Counted from the stretch's first letter, positions 31,215-46,055 are shown. The stretch is DNA of 64,000 nt from the human T2T-CHM13v2.0 reference genome, Homo sapiens (GCF_009914755.1 NC_060947.1), one strand, 5' to 3'. Notes: generated by a model not told the origin, from the sequence alone. Program-made: numbers and translations.

Positions 31215-31803
31215 AATCTACATATATATTAATTCTATGTTAGTATATATAATTATAATTGGTATATATAATTACATATTAGTATATATACTACATAAAA
31301 TATATAATTATATATACTAATTATAATTATAATATATAAATATATAATTCATATTACTATATAATTATAATTAGTATATATAATTATATATTTTATGTAG
31401 TATATATACTAATATGTAATTATATATAATTATAATATATACTAATATATAATTCATATTATTATGTAATATGAATTATATATTAGTATATATTACATAT
31501 CCTATGTATAATATATAACTATATATTAGTATATTATATATACTATATGTAATGTATAATTATATATTAGTATTATATATACTATATATACTATATAATA
31601 TATATTAGTATTATATATTACTAATATATATAATATATTACTAATATACATAATTGTATGTTAGTATTATATGTACTATATACTATATAATTATATATAA
31701 TTTATATAATTAATATATGTTATATATGATATATTTTAATGTATACTATATATGACTTAATATGTTATATATAATATATAATTAATAGATGTTATCTATA
31801 TAT
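31215..31803. repeat. AT-rich low-complexity tract with perfect internal palindromes
   Basis: Degenerate (TA)n; 69-bp and 29-bp perfect inverted repeats checked base by base. Confidence 0.92.
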
Positions 31804-32180
31804 TGCTGTAGTTTGAATGTATGCATCTTTCCAAAATGTGTATGTTGGAAACTAAGACCCAGTGTGATATTATTAAGAGGTGGGAACTTTCAGAGGTGAT
31901 TACGTCATGAAGGTTCCACATTCATGAATGGAACTAGCTAGGCTAGGCACTTTTGCCCTTCTGCCTTCTGCTTTGTGAGGACACAGCATTTGTCTTCTCT
32001 AGAGGATGCAGCAACGACGTGCCATCTTGGAAGTGGAGACCAGACCCTTACCAGATAACAAAACTGCCAGAGCCTTGATCTTGGACTTCTAGCTTCCAGG
32101 ACTGTGAGAAGTAAATTTCGGTTTTTTGTAGATTACTGGTGTCAGGTATTTTGTTATAGCAGCAAGAATGGACTAAGATA
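31804..32180 (+). mobile_element. MST (MaLR) solo LTR
   Basis: tgctgtagtttgaatgt...gttatagcagcaagaatggactaag. Confidence 0.82.
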
Positions 32181-32724
32181 TATATACATATACACATATA
32201 TATACTTGTACATATAAGCATGTGTGTGTGTGTTTATTTATTGTCTTCCTTCACTAGAATGCTTAGTCCATATGACAAGTAGTAGAAAAGTTATTTGTGT
32301 GTGTTTTGTTCACTGCTGTATTCCCAGCGGCCAGAGCCAAGGTAGGCACATAGTAGGTGCTCAATTTGTTGAGTGAGTAAATGAATGAAGGCATTATCCA
32401 AGACTGGGTGACCATTGTTTGAGACCCAGGCCTCAATGAGACAATATGAAGAGGAAAGGTCATTGGGACTTGTCGTAATGTAGAATTATTACTTGTAGAA
32501 ATGTATGGTCTCTAGGTGGCCCACCCCACCTAAAGACCATACATTTCCAAGTATCTGCTTGGATCGAATAATGGAATTACAACACTCATGTTTTTGGTAG
32601 TCAACTTATAATAAATATAAAAAATATATAAAACTTGTAATAATGGAGGAGCTTGAAGTATAAGCACTCAGTATGAACCTGGTTGGGTGGGTTTATACTA
32701 AGCAGGTTTGGAGAGATGAGTTAC

Positions 32725-33215
32725 TGTGACAGTTAATTTTATGTATCAACTTGACTGGGTCACGTGGTGCCTAGACATTTGGTTAAACATTATTTCTGAG
32801 TGTGTCTGTGAGGGTGTTTCTGGATGAGATTAGCATTTAAATTAAATTAGTAGACTGAGTAAAGCAGATGGCCCTCCCCAGTGTGAGCGAGCATCATTCA
32901 ATCCATTGAGGGCCTGAATGGAACAAAAAGGTGGAGGAGAATGCATTATATTAGCTCTCTGTCTCTGCCTGACTGCTTGAGATGGGATACTGGTCTTCTT
33001 TTGCCCTCAGACCAGAACTTACACCACTGGTTCTCTTGGTTCTCAGACCTTCAGACTTGGACTGGAACTATACCACAGGCTTTCCTAGGTCTCCATCTAA
33101 TCAACTGCAGATCATGAGACTTCTCAACCTCCATAATCATGTGAACAAATTCCTTATTTTTAAAACATGTGTATCATCTCCTATTGATTCTGCTTCTCTG
33201 GAGAACTCTAATACA
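32725..33215 (+). mobile_element. MLT2 (ERVL) solo LTR
   Basis: tgtgacagttaattttatgtatcaacttgactgg...tctctggagaactctaataca. Confidence 0.85.
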
Positions 33216-33782
33216 CTTTATATTTATTCTTATAATGGATGTGTAGTCCCCCATACTCCCCACCTTCATCAATACTCTTTCATAACCAATGGAAGAAGTT
33301 ATGGAAGAAATTACCAAGTGTGGGAGGCTAGGCCTGCAATTCTTGGTAGTTTTAAAAAAAATTATACATTTTCACTCCTGTTTACCTGAGAATAATGACA
33401 CAGCAAACAGTGGCAAACAGCTTAAATTTATATTATCTAATATTTCTTCTTTCTTTCAGCTCTGCTGCACTGTCTATTGGTAATCACATTCTTATCTTTG
33501 AAATGTTCTCTTACCCTTTTCTTTTTGGACACTAAGTTGTACTGGATAAATATAACTATGTTATACTTCTGAGACCCCTTTTCCATTTACTTTTTTTTTT
33601 TTTTTGTAGACTGTCTCTCAAATCTCTCTTTTCCTCCTTAGTCCTATTTCCATTACTCTGGTCCAAGCCCTGATCATCTTATGCCTGGCAAACTTTAATA
33701 GCCTTCTGTTTGACTCCCTGGCTTCCAGCTGTTTTTCTCCATGCTGCTTCTTGGCATTCTAATTATCCGGCATTTTGGCAGA

Positions 33783-34214
33783 TGTCTTAGTCTGTTCGGG
33801 CTGCTATAATGAAATACCACTGACCGGGCATCTTATAAACAACAGAAATTTATTTCTCACAGGTCTGGAGGCTGGGAAGTCCAAAATCAAGGTGCTGGCA
33901 GATTTGGTGTCTGGCGGGGCTCAATTTCTGGTTCATAGATGGTGTCTTCTAGCTGTTGTCCTCACATCAAGAGGGAGCAAGTCAGCTCTCTTGGGCCATT
34001 CCTCCTAGATAGCACCTTTTAGCTGTGTCCTTACATGGTAAATGAGGCTAACTAGCTCTTTGTGTTCTTTTTTATAAGGCACTAATCCCAATCGTGAGGG
34101 CTTTGATCTCATGATTTAATCTCCCAAAGGCCTCACCTTATAATACCATCACCTTGGGGGTTAGAGTTTCAACATATGCATTTTCAAGGGGACACAAGGA
34201 TTCAGACCATAGCA
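33783..34214 (-). mobile_element. MST (MaLR) solo LTR
   Basis: tgtcttagtctgttcgggctgctataa...ttcagaccatagca. Confidence 0.85.
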
Positions 34215-36364
34215 GCAAGACTGTGGTTTTAGAATTTGGGGGCTTAAGCAAGCATCAGATACTGCATACGATGGGAGATTGGGAAAGGAGGAAAGAATGC
34301 TCATCAGCCTTCAGACTCAACTAGTCTAGAGATCACTACCAGCCCTCAGGTGTGCAGTCTTGTTGAAATATTCTGGGCAGAGGAAGGGGTGGGTGTCTTA
34401 TACCCAGATTGTGACTTACCTAGGGCTGGGACCAGAAAAAACAAGTACACCAGCATGCAGGCCTCATGGAGACTCCCTATAATTAGAAGGGTCATTGTTT
34501 CTAATGCCTGGGCTACAATTTTTATCAAGGTTCTGGACAAGAGAGAAGCCTCTGCTTATTAGCAGAATCTTCATGGAGAATCCTTATACTTTCCCTGTGC
34601 TTGCCTTTCTTTGTTGGTGGCATGAGGAGGGATATAGAGAGAGGAGGGTGTGGCAATTATTGTTCTAGTTGACTGGCACTTTCCTTCTCAATTTTCTACC
34701 TCTCCTCCCCTACCCCTGCCCAGCCACTTTGGTTTCTCTTGGGCACTGCTCTGCGTCCTAGTCCACTTACATAGTTTTCCCAGGAGCGTCCATTTTGTTA
34801 CACGACACTAGCCTCATGGCTACCTGGTCTGGACACTTGAATCAAGTTGGTCAATGAGTTCCTTCCTCAGAGTTTCTGTATTTGAGGTCAGAGTATACTT
34901 CAGTTCTCTCTCTGTGTGTAGTTGGCTTTGTTAAAATGTGAAGCTCTGGAGTTGTTGGTGATGGCAGCAAGAAGAAAGAATGAAGTTATAATTCAGATAG
35001 CAATAGTGACAAGAGACATGCAGAGGCCTGGCTCATTCTGTGGCACCAGTGTAGTTGTTTCTGAGGCCCAGGGAGATTCCTGGCTTTTGATTCCCTAAAG
35101 CAGTAATGATGATACTTCATGTTGACATCATGCTTCAAGCACTTTAAATAACTTATTTAAGTCTCATAATAATCCTGTGAGGAAGATAGTATTATCATTT
35201 CCATTTTACACATGAAAAAACTGAGGCAGAGGGAGGCTGAGTAGCTTGCTCAAGGTCACAGAGTCAGGACTTGTACCCTTGTAGTTAGATTTCATTCTCT
35301 TCACATTATACCTCCAATCTTTGTAGCAATTATCTAAATCACCCTTGCCTAAGCCAGTTCAAGGACCCTGCTACCACCATCCCTAGGCAAGAGACAGGGT
35401 CCTAATAGATGGAATTACTTTTTGTATGCCCAACTTTAGAAGTTTAATTCTCTCTGGCTCTTTCTCCTTTGTTGCCTCCTTTCTTCTCCTTTTCACTTGC
35501 CCCTTCCTTTCTTCTTTTCTTCATTTCTTCTCCCGAGCTCACGCTCTCCCTTTTTGAAATTTGTCAATCATTCTCCCTATTTTCTTGATTATTCTTAACA
35601 ACATGCAATGGTATTGTCATTTTCCATATTAAAAACTGCTCTCTTGACTCCATTTCCCCCTTCAGTTTCAGCCCCATTTCTATGCTCCTCTGTACAACCA
35701 AATTCTTTAAAAGGGTTATGCATATTCAGCTTGCAATTCTTCTGCTTTTATACTCTCCTAAACTTACTTGTCAGGCGTGTGCCCTCCACCACTCTACTGA
35801 AACTGCAAGTTTACAAGTGACCTCCACATTGCTAAATCCAGAGGTCATTTCTCACTTCTTACATTAATTGCCTTTTCAGCAGCATTTGACACCTTCACTC
35901 CATCCTTGTTCACTTCCTCACTTGGCTTCTAGGATGCTACACTCTCATGGTCCTTTTCAGTGTCACTTGTTGGTTTTTCTTATATCCCTGGCCTTTTAAT
36001 CTTGGCGTTCTCCTGGCCTCAGTCCTTGGACCTTGGTCATCTCCTTGGTAATCTCATTTAGTTTCACGACTTTAAATACCGTCTGAAAGCTGATGATTTC
36101 CAACTGTATATTTGCAACTTGGACCTCTTTTCTAACCTTCAGATTCCTTTATTCAACTGCCTACTTGGCATTTCCACCTGAAAGAGATTCAGCATCTCAA
36201 ACTTAACATCTCCAAATCTGATCTTCCTTCTCAAATCTGCTCCTTCTGTAGTCTTCCCCATCTTGGTAAGTTCCACTGGTTTGTGCCAAGAAGCTTCATT
36301 CTTCATTCCACTCTTTCTCTTACAGCCTGTATTCAATTCATTCACATGTTCAAAATACATCTAA

Positions 36365-36754
<390 letters not shown>

Positions 36755-37342
36755 TTATTTCTTAACTAGATTATTGCAATGGCCTCCAACGGGTCTCCCT
36801 ATTTCCTCCCTTACCGTTTACAGTTTACTTTCCACTCAGCATCCAGAGTGATCCTTTGAAAATGCTAGATATATCATGTCTCTTCTCTGCTCAAAACCCT
36901 ACGATGGCCCCAGTTTTCACGCAGAATAAACCCTAGAGTCCTTACAGTGGCCTATATGGTCCTATTGGATCTGGGCTCCTGTTACCTTTCTGAATTCATC
37001 TTCTCCTATGTTACCGTTTTCCCCCCTATACTCCAAGTGTACTGTACTCCTTGCTGTTTTTGAATACATTAGGTAAGTTCCTGCTTCAAGACCTTAGCAT
37101 TTGCATTTCCCTCTGCCTAGAACACTTCCCTTCCGGATATATATGTAATCCATTCTCTTACCTTTAAAAAATCTTTGCCCAAATGATGTTTCCTCAGGTG
37201 TTCAAATATCACCCTATTTAAAATTCAATATGGCCCATCAATATTCTCTATCCTCTTTCCCATTTTTATCTTTTTCCTTAGCACTTAGTACCTTCTCATA
37301 TATTATATAATTTATTTACTTTGTTTATTGTTAGTCTACTTG

Positions 37343-37729
37343 TGCTATGGATTGAATTGTGCCCCCTCCCATTTATATGTTGAAGCCCTAACCCCCAAAG
37401 TGATGGTATTTGGAGATGGGGCCTTTGAAAGGTAAATAGGGGGAGATGAGGTCATAAGGATGGGCCCTCATGATGGGATTAGTGCTCTTATAAGAAGAGA
37501 TATTAGAGAGCTTTCTCTTTCTCTCCCCCAACTTCTCTCTTTCTCTTCAATGTAAGACTGTAAAAAAGTGGCCATCTGCAAACCAGGAAGAGAGCCCTCA
37601 CCAGGAAACCAAATCAGTCAGCAATTTGATCTTGGACTCTTCAGCCTCCAGAACTGAGAAATAAACTTCTGTTGTTTGAGCTACCTAGTCTATGGCATTT
37701 TGTTATGGCTGCCCAAGCTGATGGAAACA
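37343..37729 (+). mobile_element. MLT1A-like solo LTR
   Basis: tgctatggattgaattgtg...gatcttggactcttcagcctccagaactgaga...aca. Confidence 0.85.
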
Positions 37730-38823
37730 GCCCCCTACCCCATCCCTAGAGCATAAGCTCAAGGACAAGAAGCTTTGTCTGATTGCTTACTGTTGTATCA
37801 TCAATGCCTAGAATAGTTGTCTAGCATGTAGTGGGTGCTCCGTAAATATTTGCTAAGTAAATGCATGGATGAATGAATCAGATATGGTCCTTGCAGAGAG
37901 GATGACATGTACATGAGCACACTATGAGGTGGACAGTGGTTAAGTCACATGATGAAGGTACAGATAAAGGGTTCTGAGGGCTCGAAGAAACGGAGAGGTC
38001 ATTCAGAGATGGAGAGGGAGTGAGGGGAATCCAGGAGGGCTTGATGGAGAAGGTAGCATTTGAGTTAGACCTTGAAGGAAGGGTAGGTTTTAGACTTGTG
38101 AATGTATGGGGAGGCACAGGGAGTTCAGTCTGGCTGAAGTAGTGTATTTGAAGAGTAGTAGAAGTGGAAAATACAATTAGAATGAAGTCTGGAGCAAAAT
38201 CGTAAAAGGCCCTGAATGCCAGGGTAAGGAGATTTGTCTTTAGGTGTGGTATGAAGTGGAGCGGATATGAAGGTTATAGAATTGTCAGTAAAACTTTGAG
38301 TCATCAATCAATGATAGTTTCTGATTTAACTTTTGGTTCTTTACTCAATTAATTGTCTCTTACCTAACTCCAAGTTCTTTAGGAGCTTGATGATATGGTT
38401 CCTAACCATAATAGACAAGAAGCAAACAAGAAGAAAGAGGAGAGATTGGATATGAAAACAGATATACTTCCAGGGAGAAAGGGAAAATAGCTCGATGGCT
38501 TCTTGGCTTGAAGGATGAAGATGGAACCCTCAACTTCAGGCTTAATACCTCTGTGACTGTGCAATCTAATAACTAAAGTTATCAGTGGCAGCATGGATCC
38601 ATAATGCAGAGGAGAAGTCAGGACAGGTCTGGAACCTTTTAACAACATGGGAAAGGATGTAAAGTATCTCAGAAATGTTTACAATTTTTTTTAATTTAAA
38701 ATGATTTTTAAAAGATTGGTACTGGAAGGGGAACGTTTCAACTATCTGGTAAGCTCACTTATATTAAATACTATAAACAAGGCATGATTGTAATACTGGT
38801 TTTACCAAGTGCTGCATGCACTG

Positions 38824-38927
<104 letters not shown>

Positions 38928-39265
38928 AGGCTGTATTAAGTGAAAAACACTGAATTCAGCATTCCAGGTTTTTCTCTCCTGAACTGGTTCAAATGGGTAG
39001 AATATGTTTCATTAGTGTATTAAAACTCATCCACACCCTTGATTCTTTGAGTTCCTCTTCATACTCCTCAAGAATAATGTCTCAGATTCATCTGTACATC
39101 CCCTATTGTCTGGCAGAATGTCTTAAGACAGATTAAGCACTTGAACCACATATGAATTGAAATATTGAATTTCACATCTTGAGGCCCAGCCACATGAAAC
39201 AGACTGTTTTACTGGTGTGGGCACAAAACTTACTTTCTTAAAAGGGGATAAGATGATGCTTTATG

Positions 39266-39269
39266 TTTT

Positions 39270-39346
<77 letters not shown>

Positions 39347-39357
39347 TTTCTTTTTTT
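39266..39357. repeat. (CTTT)n tetranucleotide microsatellite
   Basis: Direct reading. Confidence 0.95.
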
Positions 39358-40187
39358 AACTCTGCTTGGAATTTCTTGCCTTTTTATGATACCAACCACC
39401 CATTGGGCAGATGTCTTCAGGGACGTCAACAACGCCTAGTTCCTTTCCTGTGCTAGAACTGATGGTTTGGAGCCTAACATCTCGTAAGCAGTGTTTGGCT
39501 CATTTTTTCCTAAATGCAGTACTTTATACTTGCTCATATTGAAGCTCATCTGTCACTCCTTCACATGGAAATGCAAACTTGAAGGCATATCCTGTCATTT
39601 ATGCATTGACTTAGAATTTCAAAATGTGCAAAGAATTAGTATGCCAATCATTTATAAATCTTATTGTTTAAAATATATTTTATTATAATAAGTGATTCTA
39701 TAGAGCTTACCATGTGATGGGCATTATTCTAAGTAATTTATAAATATTAACGCTTTTAATGAAGTTACTCCTGGTACCACTTTGGGAACTCTCACTTTAC
39801 CTTTCATCAGTCTTCCTGCTATTGGTGCTTCTTTACATAGAGACTTCAGGTAGAATTTAGTGTGTGAATTTGGATGGAAAAGTTAAATTCATATTTTTAC
39901 TAACCTCTAACTGAAAATTGGCATTTTCTTTCCTTATAAATGTAGGCTACAATCTACAGAGATGTTAGCAGTACCTGTGCCTTTTTCATCAGCATCACAG
40001 ATATTATCATATCACATGATATTGCGGATTTCTTGAGCTGTTTATGCTCATCACTACTTCGGAACTGAAGTGGTTATTAGGCTTGTTGCTGTTTCATATT
40101 GCTATTTCAGGTGTTAAAGGAGCATATATGTTACTATATCACAAACATGTTTTAAAAATATTTTGAGAAGTATACTATTTCAATATC

Positions 40188-40587
40188 CAGATGGTCCCCA
40201 ACTTACAATGGTTTGACTTACATTTTTCAACTTTATAATGGTGTGAATGCAATGTATGTTCAGTAAAAATTGTATTTTGAGTACTCATACAGGTTTCTGT
40301 TTGGTGCTGTTTTTCTGTTTCAGTACAGAAACAGATTCCATTTTTCACTTTTCAGTATGGTATTCAACACATTACATGAGATATTCGACACTTTATTATA
40401 AAATAGGCTTTGTGTTAATTTTTTGCCCAAATGTAGGCTAAAGTGTTCTGAGCATGTTTAAGGTAGGCTAGGCTAAGCTATGATGTTTGGCAGGTTAGGT
40501 GTATTAAATGCATTTTTGACTTATGACATTTTCAACTTACGATAGTTTTATTGGGATGTAACCACATAGTAAGTCAAGGAGCATTTG
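40188..40587. mobile_element. MER47-like Tigger MITE nested in a hAT-Charlie-like element (~39840-40710)
   Basis: TIRs cagatggtccccaacttac / gtaagtcaaggagcatttg; internal taggctaggctaagctatgatg. Confidence 0.75.
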
Positions 40588-42080
40588 TAGTTGGTTTCCT
40601 TTGTATTTTATTTTATTCATTTAAAAAATGTTATTCTGATAAGGAGTTCATGTGCTTCACCAGACTTACAAAGGGGTTCATGGCACCAAAAAATATTCAG
40701 AACCCCTACTTTATATTCCCTCAGCTATAACAGGCAGAGGCTGGAGCTGAAGTGGGGTAGAGATAGGGAGAACTCAGGAATCTTACATTCTCATCCCAGC
40801 TCCATCATCCACTTAGCTGTGCGACCTAGGGTATAGCTCTTCATCTTTTGAGACTTGTTTTCCTTAGCTGCAATAATGGTGAGGAAGTCATCTGCCCCTG
40901 CTAGTTCACAATGTGTTGTGAAGATCAAATGACATAATGCTTGTGCACGGAGTTGCTTTGAAAACAGCTTAAAGCATCATATAAGGTATTTATTGAGGAA
41001 TAGTAACAAGTTAAGGTTTCAGAGGTCCGATGCCACAGAGGACTATTCATATTCAAACAGACTTGGAGTGAATGCAGTTCGGTAGAACACCCTTTAATGT
41101 GTCTTGTATACCATTTCCACCCAAGATCTGATGTCATCTCCATAGGGCTCTATAGCCTTGAATGTGCATACCTGTTTGTATAATCAATTCTTTTCTTTCC
41201 TTCTGTTGCCCCAATAATTAATTGCTTTAGTATGCCTTTGAGGTCATCCTCCCAGATAGAAAACTTAAGCAAGCTTAGAACTTCAAAGCTTACTGTCAAA
41301 CTGAAAAACTGGGTTGATGTTATGAATCTTGGGAAATGGTAGAGGAGATAGGACCTCCTTGGCCTTCTTGTTAATGGGATGTGGTCTATCTTGTAATGGG
41401 AGTGGGTAGAATTGGAAGGATACTTAGACTGTATCAGAAGACAGTAGAAGGAAGTTTCCCCACTGTGTTTGGCTTGGGCCAAGCACTACCTAACTCTAAT
41501 GGAGCATTGTTCAGTAAAATCTCCTGAATTTCTCTGAGCCAGCAGGTCTCCTTCTTTTAAGTTATTGTGTGGCCCATTACTATGAAGGTAGCTCTGGTTT
41601 CATTAAAGCATTGTTGATATGACTATTGGTTGGATAATGATTATAGCTATTTATTGAGCACTTACTTTGCCAGGCATAGTACTGGGCACTTTACATTGAT
41701 CAACACCTCATAAATGAAACTTCAAGGGAAATATACGATTTTCACTTTAAAGATTTAAAAAAGGCTCAGAGAAGTGACAGTGTTATAAAGTGACTTGGGG
41801 CACCATGACTGTGTCATTTAGCAGGCTCCCCTACCAGAATATAAGCTCTTGGGGGAAGGGGACATGTTGTGTTCACCTTTGAATTTCCAGGACTAAGACT
41901 TGCACATATCAGGTGCTCTATAATGGCACATGAATGAACAATATGGGGTTTATAATAATATTACCAATTAGGTTGATATGAAGATTAAATAAAATATTGG
42001 AGCAGTGGAAAGTTTTAAGCTTGTGATTGGAGAGACCAAGATTCAAATTTCATTTCTGCCTCTTAAAAACTTAAGCAAGT

Positions 42081-42385
42081 GGCCGGGCACGGTGGCTCAC
42101 GCCTGTAATCCCAGCACTTTGGGAGGCCGAGGTAGGCGGATCACGAGGTCAGGAGATCGAGACCATCCTGGCTAACATGGTGAAACCCTGTCTCTACTAA
42201 AAATACAAAAAAAAAAAAAAAATTAGCTGGGCATGGTGGTGGGTGCCTGTAGTCTCAGCTACTCAGGAGACTGAGGCTGGAGAATGGCGTGAACCCAGGA
42301 GGCGGAGCTTGCAGTGAGCTGAGATCACGCCACTGCACTACAGCCGGGGTGACAGCAAGACTCCGTCTCAAAAAAAAAAAAAAAA
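42081..42385 (+). mobile_element. AluY
   Basis: gagatcgagaccatcctggctaac diagnostic; TSD ttaagcaagt. Confidence 0.95.
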
Positions 42386-42555
42386 TTAAGCAAGTTACTT
42401 CACATCTCCAAGTCTCAGCTGAAATGGAGGCTAATACATTTACTTTTCGCATTGTAGTAAACATTAAATATATATATGTGTGTATATACATATACGTGTG
42501 TGTATATATATGTATATACATGCATGCATATATCCTGGTAAGTAGGAATCACTAA

Positions 42556-42904
<349 letters not shown>

Positions 42905-43376
42905 TGAATGTAGTTTAAAATGCTACACAAATACTAATGTAACAAACCTTTACTAAACACCTACAGCGTACCAGGTTCTGGGGATATGGCAGTAAACAAG
43001 AAAAACGAGAACCATACTCTCATGCAACTTATACTCTGGAGGTAGGGTGGGGGCATAGATAGTAATAGCTCAGGTGTCAAGAGCACGAGGTCATTACCAC
43101 CTTATCCACACAATTCATGGGTAGTCAGCACTGAATATTTTCACAATTAGCTTTTATGGCTTTGGCTAAAGGGTGAAAGACTTAAGTTCAGTGTGTCGCA
43201 GCTACCCTTCTAGCTTTTTGAAGGCAGGGGACAGCCATACTCCTTTTGTGTCCCATTGTGCCTGATAGTGTTTGGGACAGAGTAAATGTTTAGAATATGT
43301 ATAAACAGCTGAATTTCGTCTCTTGAAGTCCAGCAACATGATGTGGTCCCACAATTCTATGTATGAATACAAAAAC

Positions 43377-43688
43377 TTTTTTTTTTTTTTTTTTTTGCAG
43401 ACAGACTCTCACTCACTCTGTCGCCCAGATTGGAGTGTAGTGGAGTGATCTCGGCTTACTGCAACCTCTGCCTCAAGCGATTCTCCTGCCTCAGCCTCCC
43501 AAGTAGCTTGGATTACAGGTGCCTGCCACCACGCCTGACTAATTTTTGTATTTTTAGTAGAGACGGGGCGGGGGGGGCGGGTCTCACTATGTTGGCCAGG
43601 CTGGTCTCGAACTCCTGACCTCAAGTGATCTGCCTGCCTCGGCCTCCCAAAGCGCTGGGATCACAGGCGTGAACCACTGCTCCTGGCC
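43377..43688 (-). mobile_element. AluS with an internal G-run expansion
   Basis: Alu reverse complement; flanks acaaaaac / acagaaac. Confidence 0.92.
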
Positions 43689-44521
43689 CACAGAAACATT
43701 TTTTAAAATGTGAGTAAGGTCATGAACTTTGGTTGAATCACAATCATACCTCTTATTGAGAACTCACTATGGGCCAAGCACTGGTTGAGCAATTTGCAGA
43801 CGCTATCTTGTTCACTCTTTCCTGCCATTCTGTGAGGTAGGTACTATTTCTTCTTAATTTTGCCTGTAAGGAAATTGAAGCTCTTGTTGTGTCCATGTGA
43901 CTCGCCTGAAGACACACAGACAGAGACTTTGGGCATCATGACTACCTAATAGGTGCTCAGCAGATGGTAGCAACTGTGGTAGAAAATGAAGCCATATCTA
44001 CATGATGTACCATCTAAGACAGCTGAGAATCCCAAGGGCTCACACAGTTCTACTGGGCGAGTTAAAACTTCTCACACATTTATGCTATCTTTTCAAATAA
44101 TACAGTTTATTCTGCCTTATATGAAAAGCATACATTTTGGGGCCAAAATTAAAAAAAAACTCTATATAACTTGAATGCAGATGTGTCTTTAATTTTCTAT
44201 GAAAAATAACCTTCATTTGCATTGAAGACATTTAACAAGCAACTTGGTAATAATAAAGTCAGAATTAGAGATGTCACAGGACTAGGGAAGGAGATAAAAA
44301 AATCATTTGTAAAACAAAAGAAACCTTCCATTCATTATTATATTGAAGAAACGCTAACTACTGTATCTCATAAACATAACAAAACAGCAATATTTCAAAA
44401 TTCTGGAGGAACAACAGAACCATAAATAGCACTGAGACTTTGTAGGAAAAAGCAGCTTCATTAATAGATTTCTATGATGGATGAAAAGGTTTGTGAGAGA
44501 TGGTATGTGCCACAATTTGAT

Positions 44522-44948
44522 TGTGTAATATAATGTATATTCATATGTATATATCTATGCTTATCTATATATAGATATATATGAGAGAGATCTATTTATT
44601 TTAAGGAATTGGCTCTTGCAATTATGGGGGCTGGCAAGTTAGAGATTTGTAGGGCAGGCCGGCAGGCTGGAAGTTCTGGCAGGAGTTGGATGTTGCAGTT
44701 TTGAGTCCAAAGGCAGTCTCGAAGCAGAATTCCCTCCTCAGGGGACTTCAGTCTTTTCTCTTAAGGCCTTCAGCTGATCAGATGAGGTCCACCCACATTA
44801 TAATGGGTAATCTGTTTTACTCAAAGTCTACTGGCTTAAATGTTAATCACATTTAAAATATACCTTCACAGCAATATCTAGACTGGTGTTTGACCAAGCA
44901 ACTGGGCACTATAGCCTAGCCAAGTTGCCACACAAAATTAACCATAAA
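44522..44948 (-). mobile_element. MLT2 (ERVL) solo LTR
   Basis: ttttaaggaattggctc...tagccaagttgccacacaaaattaaccat. Confidence 0.8.
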
Positions 44949-45121
44949 AACTAGTATATTCAAGCAAACTGGGAGGAGTATACCTATACTAAACTGGCAG
45001 GAGTAACAGAAACAGACAATCTGCAATGTAAGTTGATTAAGTGAAGGAGAGTAAGGTATTTAGGTGTGGCAGCTGTTGCTTTAAAAATTTTTTTTAATGT
45101 ATTAATATCATGGTAAGGAGT

Positions 45122-45288
45122 TTGATTTTTTTTCTTTTATTTTTTAAGTAAGTTCCGGGGTACATGTGCAGGATGTGCAGGTTTGTTACATAGGTGAACG
45201 TGTGCCATGGTGGTTTTGCTGCACCTCAACCCATCACCTAGGTATTAAACCCCGCATGCATTAGCTCTTTTTCCTACTGCTCTCCCCT
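45122..45288 (-). mobile_element. Short L1PA 3'-end fragment, same sense as ENOX2
   Basis: gtacatgtgcaggatgtgcaggtttgttacatagg...cccatcacctaggtatt. Confidence 0.85.
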
Positions 45289-45302
45289 AAAAATTAATTT
45301 AG

Positions 45303-45308
45303 TTTATT
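45303..45308 (-). terminator. Candidate polyadenylation signal AATAAA (distal)
   Basis: tttatt on +, at the edge of unique UTR sequence just before an L1 fragment. Confidence 0.45.
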
Positions 45309-46055
45309 TAAACAAGAAATAACTGTAAATGGAAAGTTTCCCTTGATTTCATAGATATTATTAAAATTAGGTATTCCAAGAGCCCGAGACTGATGAATCA
45401 AAGCCTTCCGTAGCATTGATGAGAGATGCATCAGTGAGCAAGCTAGTGTAAAATTAACCTGAGCTTCCTGCTGGTGCCACAGCAGGGTGCTTCAGGGGGA
45501 AGCCAGTTTTCAGCACGAATGGGCTGCTGTGGAACCCTGTTTCCAGTTGTCAAGACAGACTTGGCATCTTTTTCCAACATTCTAGTAACCCAAAGGAAGG
45601 AACTGAGATAACTACTAATGGATTACTTAGAGCGTAAGTCATTAAAAACAGGACACAAAACTGAGGTATAAAAAGGAATATTTATCTTTTAAAAATACAA
45701 CTTTGAACACTACTGGCATCTCATTTACAAAGTATTTTTGTGAAATACTCTCCATTGGCTTTGCTTGCTCAGTACATTCTTTTATCTTCAATTGAGACTC
45801 AAGGGAGGGTATGCTTGCATTATTATAAATACCACAACCACCACCACACACAATAAAGACCATCTCTGCCTCAGGACATTCGCCCCAAACCTCCATCCTC
45901 TCTGTTTACTTTCCACCAAGCAGAAGTTTCTGAATGGTCCACTCACATGCTGCCATTGCGATTTGCCGATGGGCACTACCAAGGTGTCTCTGGCAATTCG
46001 CACTCCAGGTGGAGCTGACCTATTTGTAGAAAGCCTCACAAACCCTAGCTCATTA

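Noticed and set aside
38380-38680. Purine-rich, exon-like stretch after a tctttAG acceptor-like site (ELDDMVPNHNRQEANKKKEERLDMK...)
   Set aside because: Interrupted by stops and no homologue that I recognise. A tBLASTx hit would be needed to call a pseudogene.
41150-41482. 110-aa minus-strand ORF
   Set aside because: Non-ATG start and no recognisable domain; may be an ancient repeat remnant.
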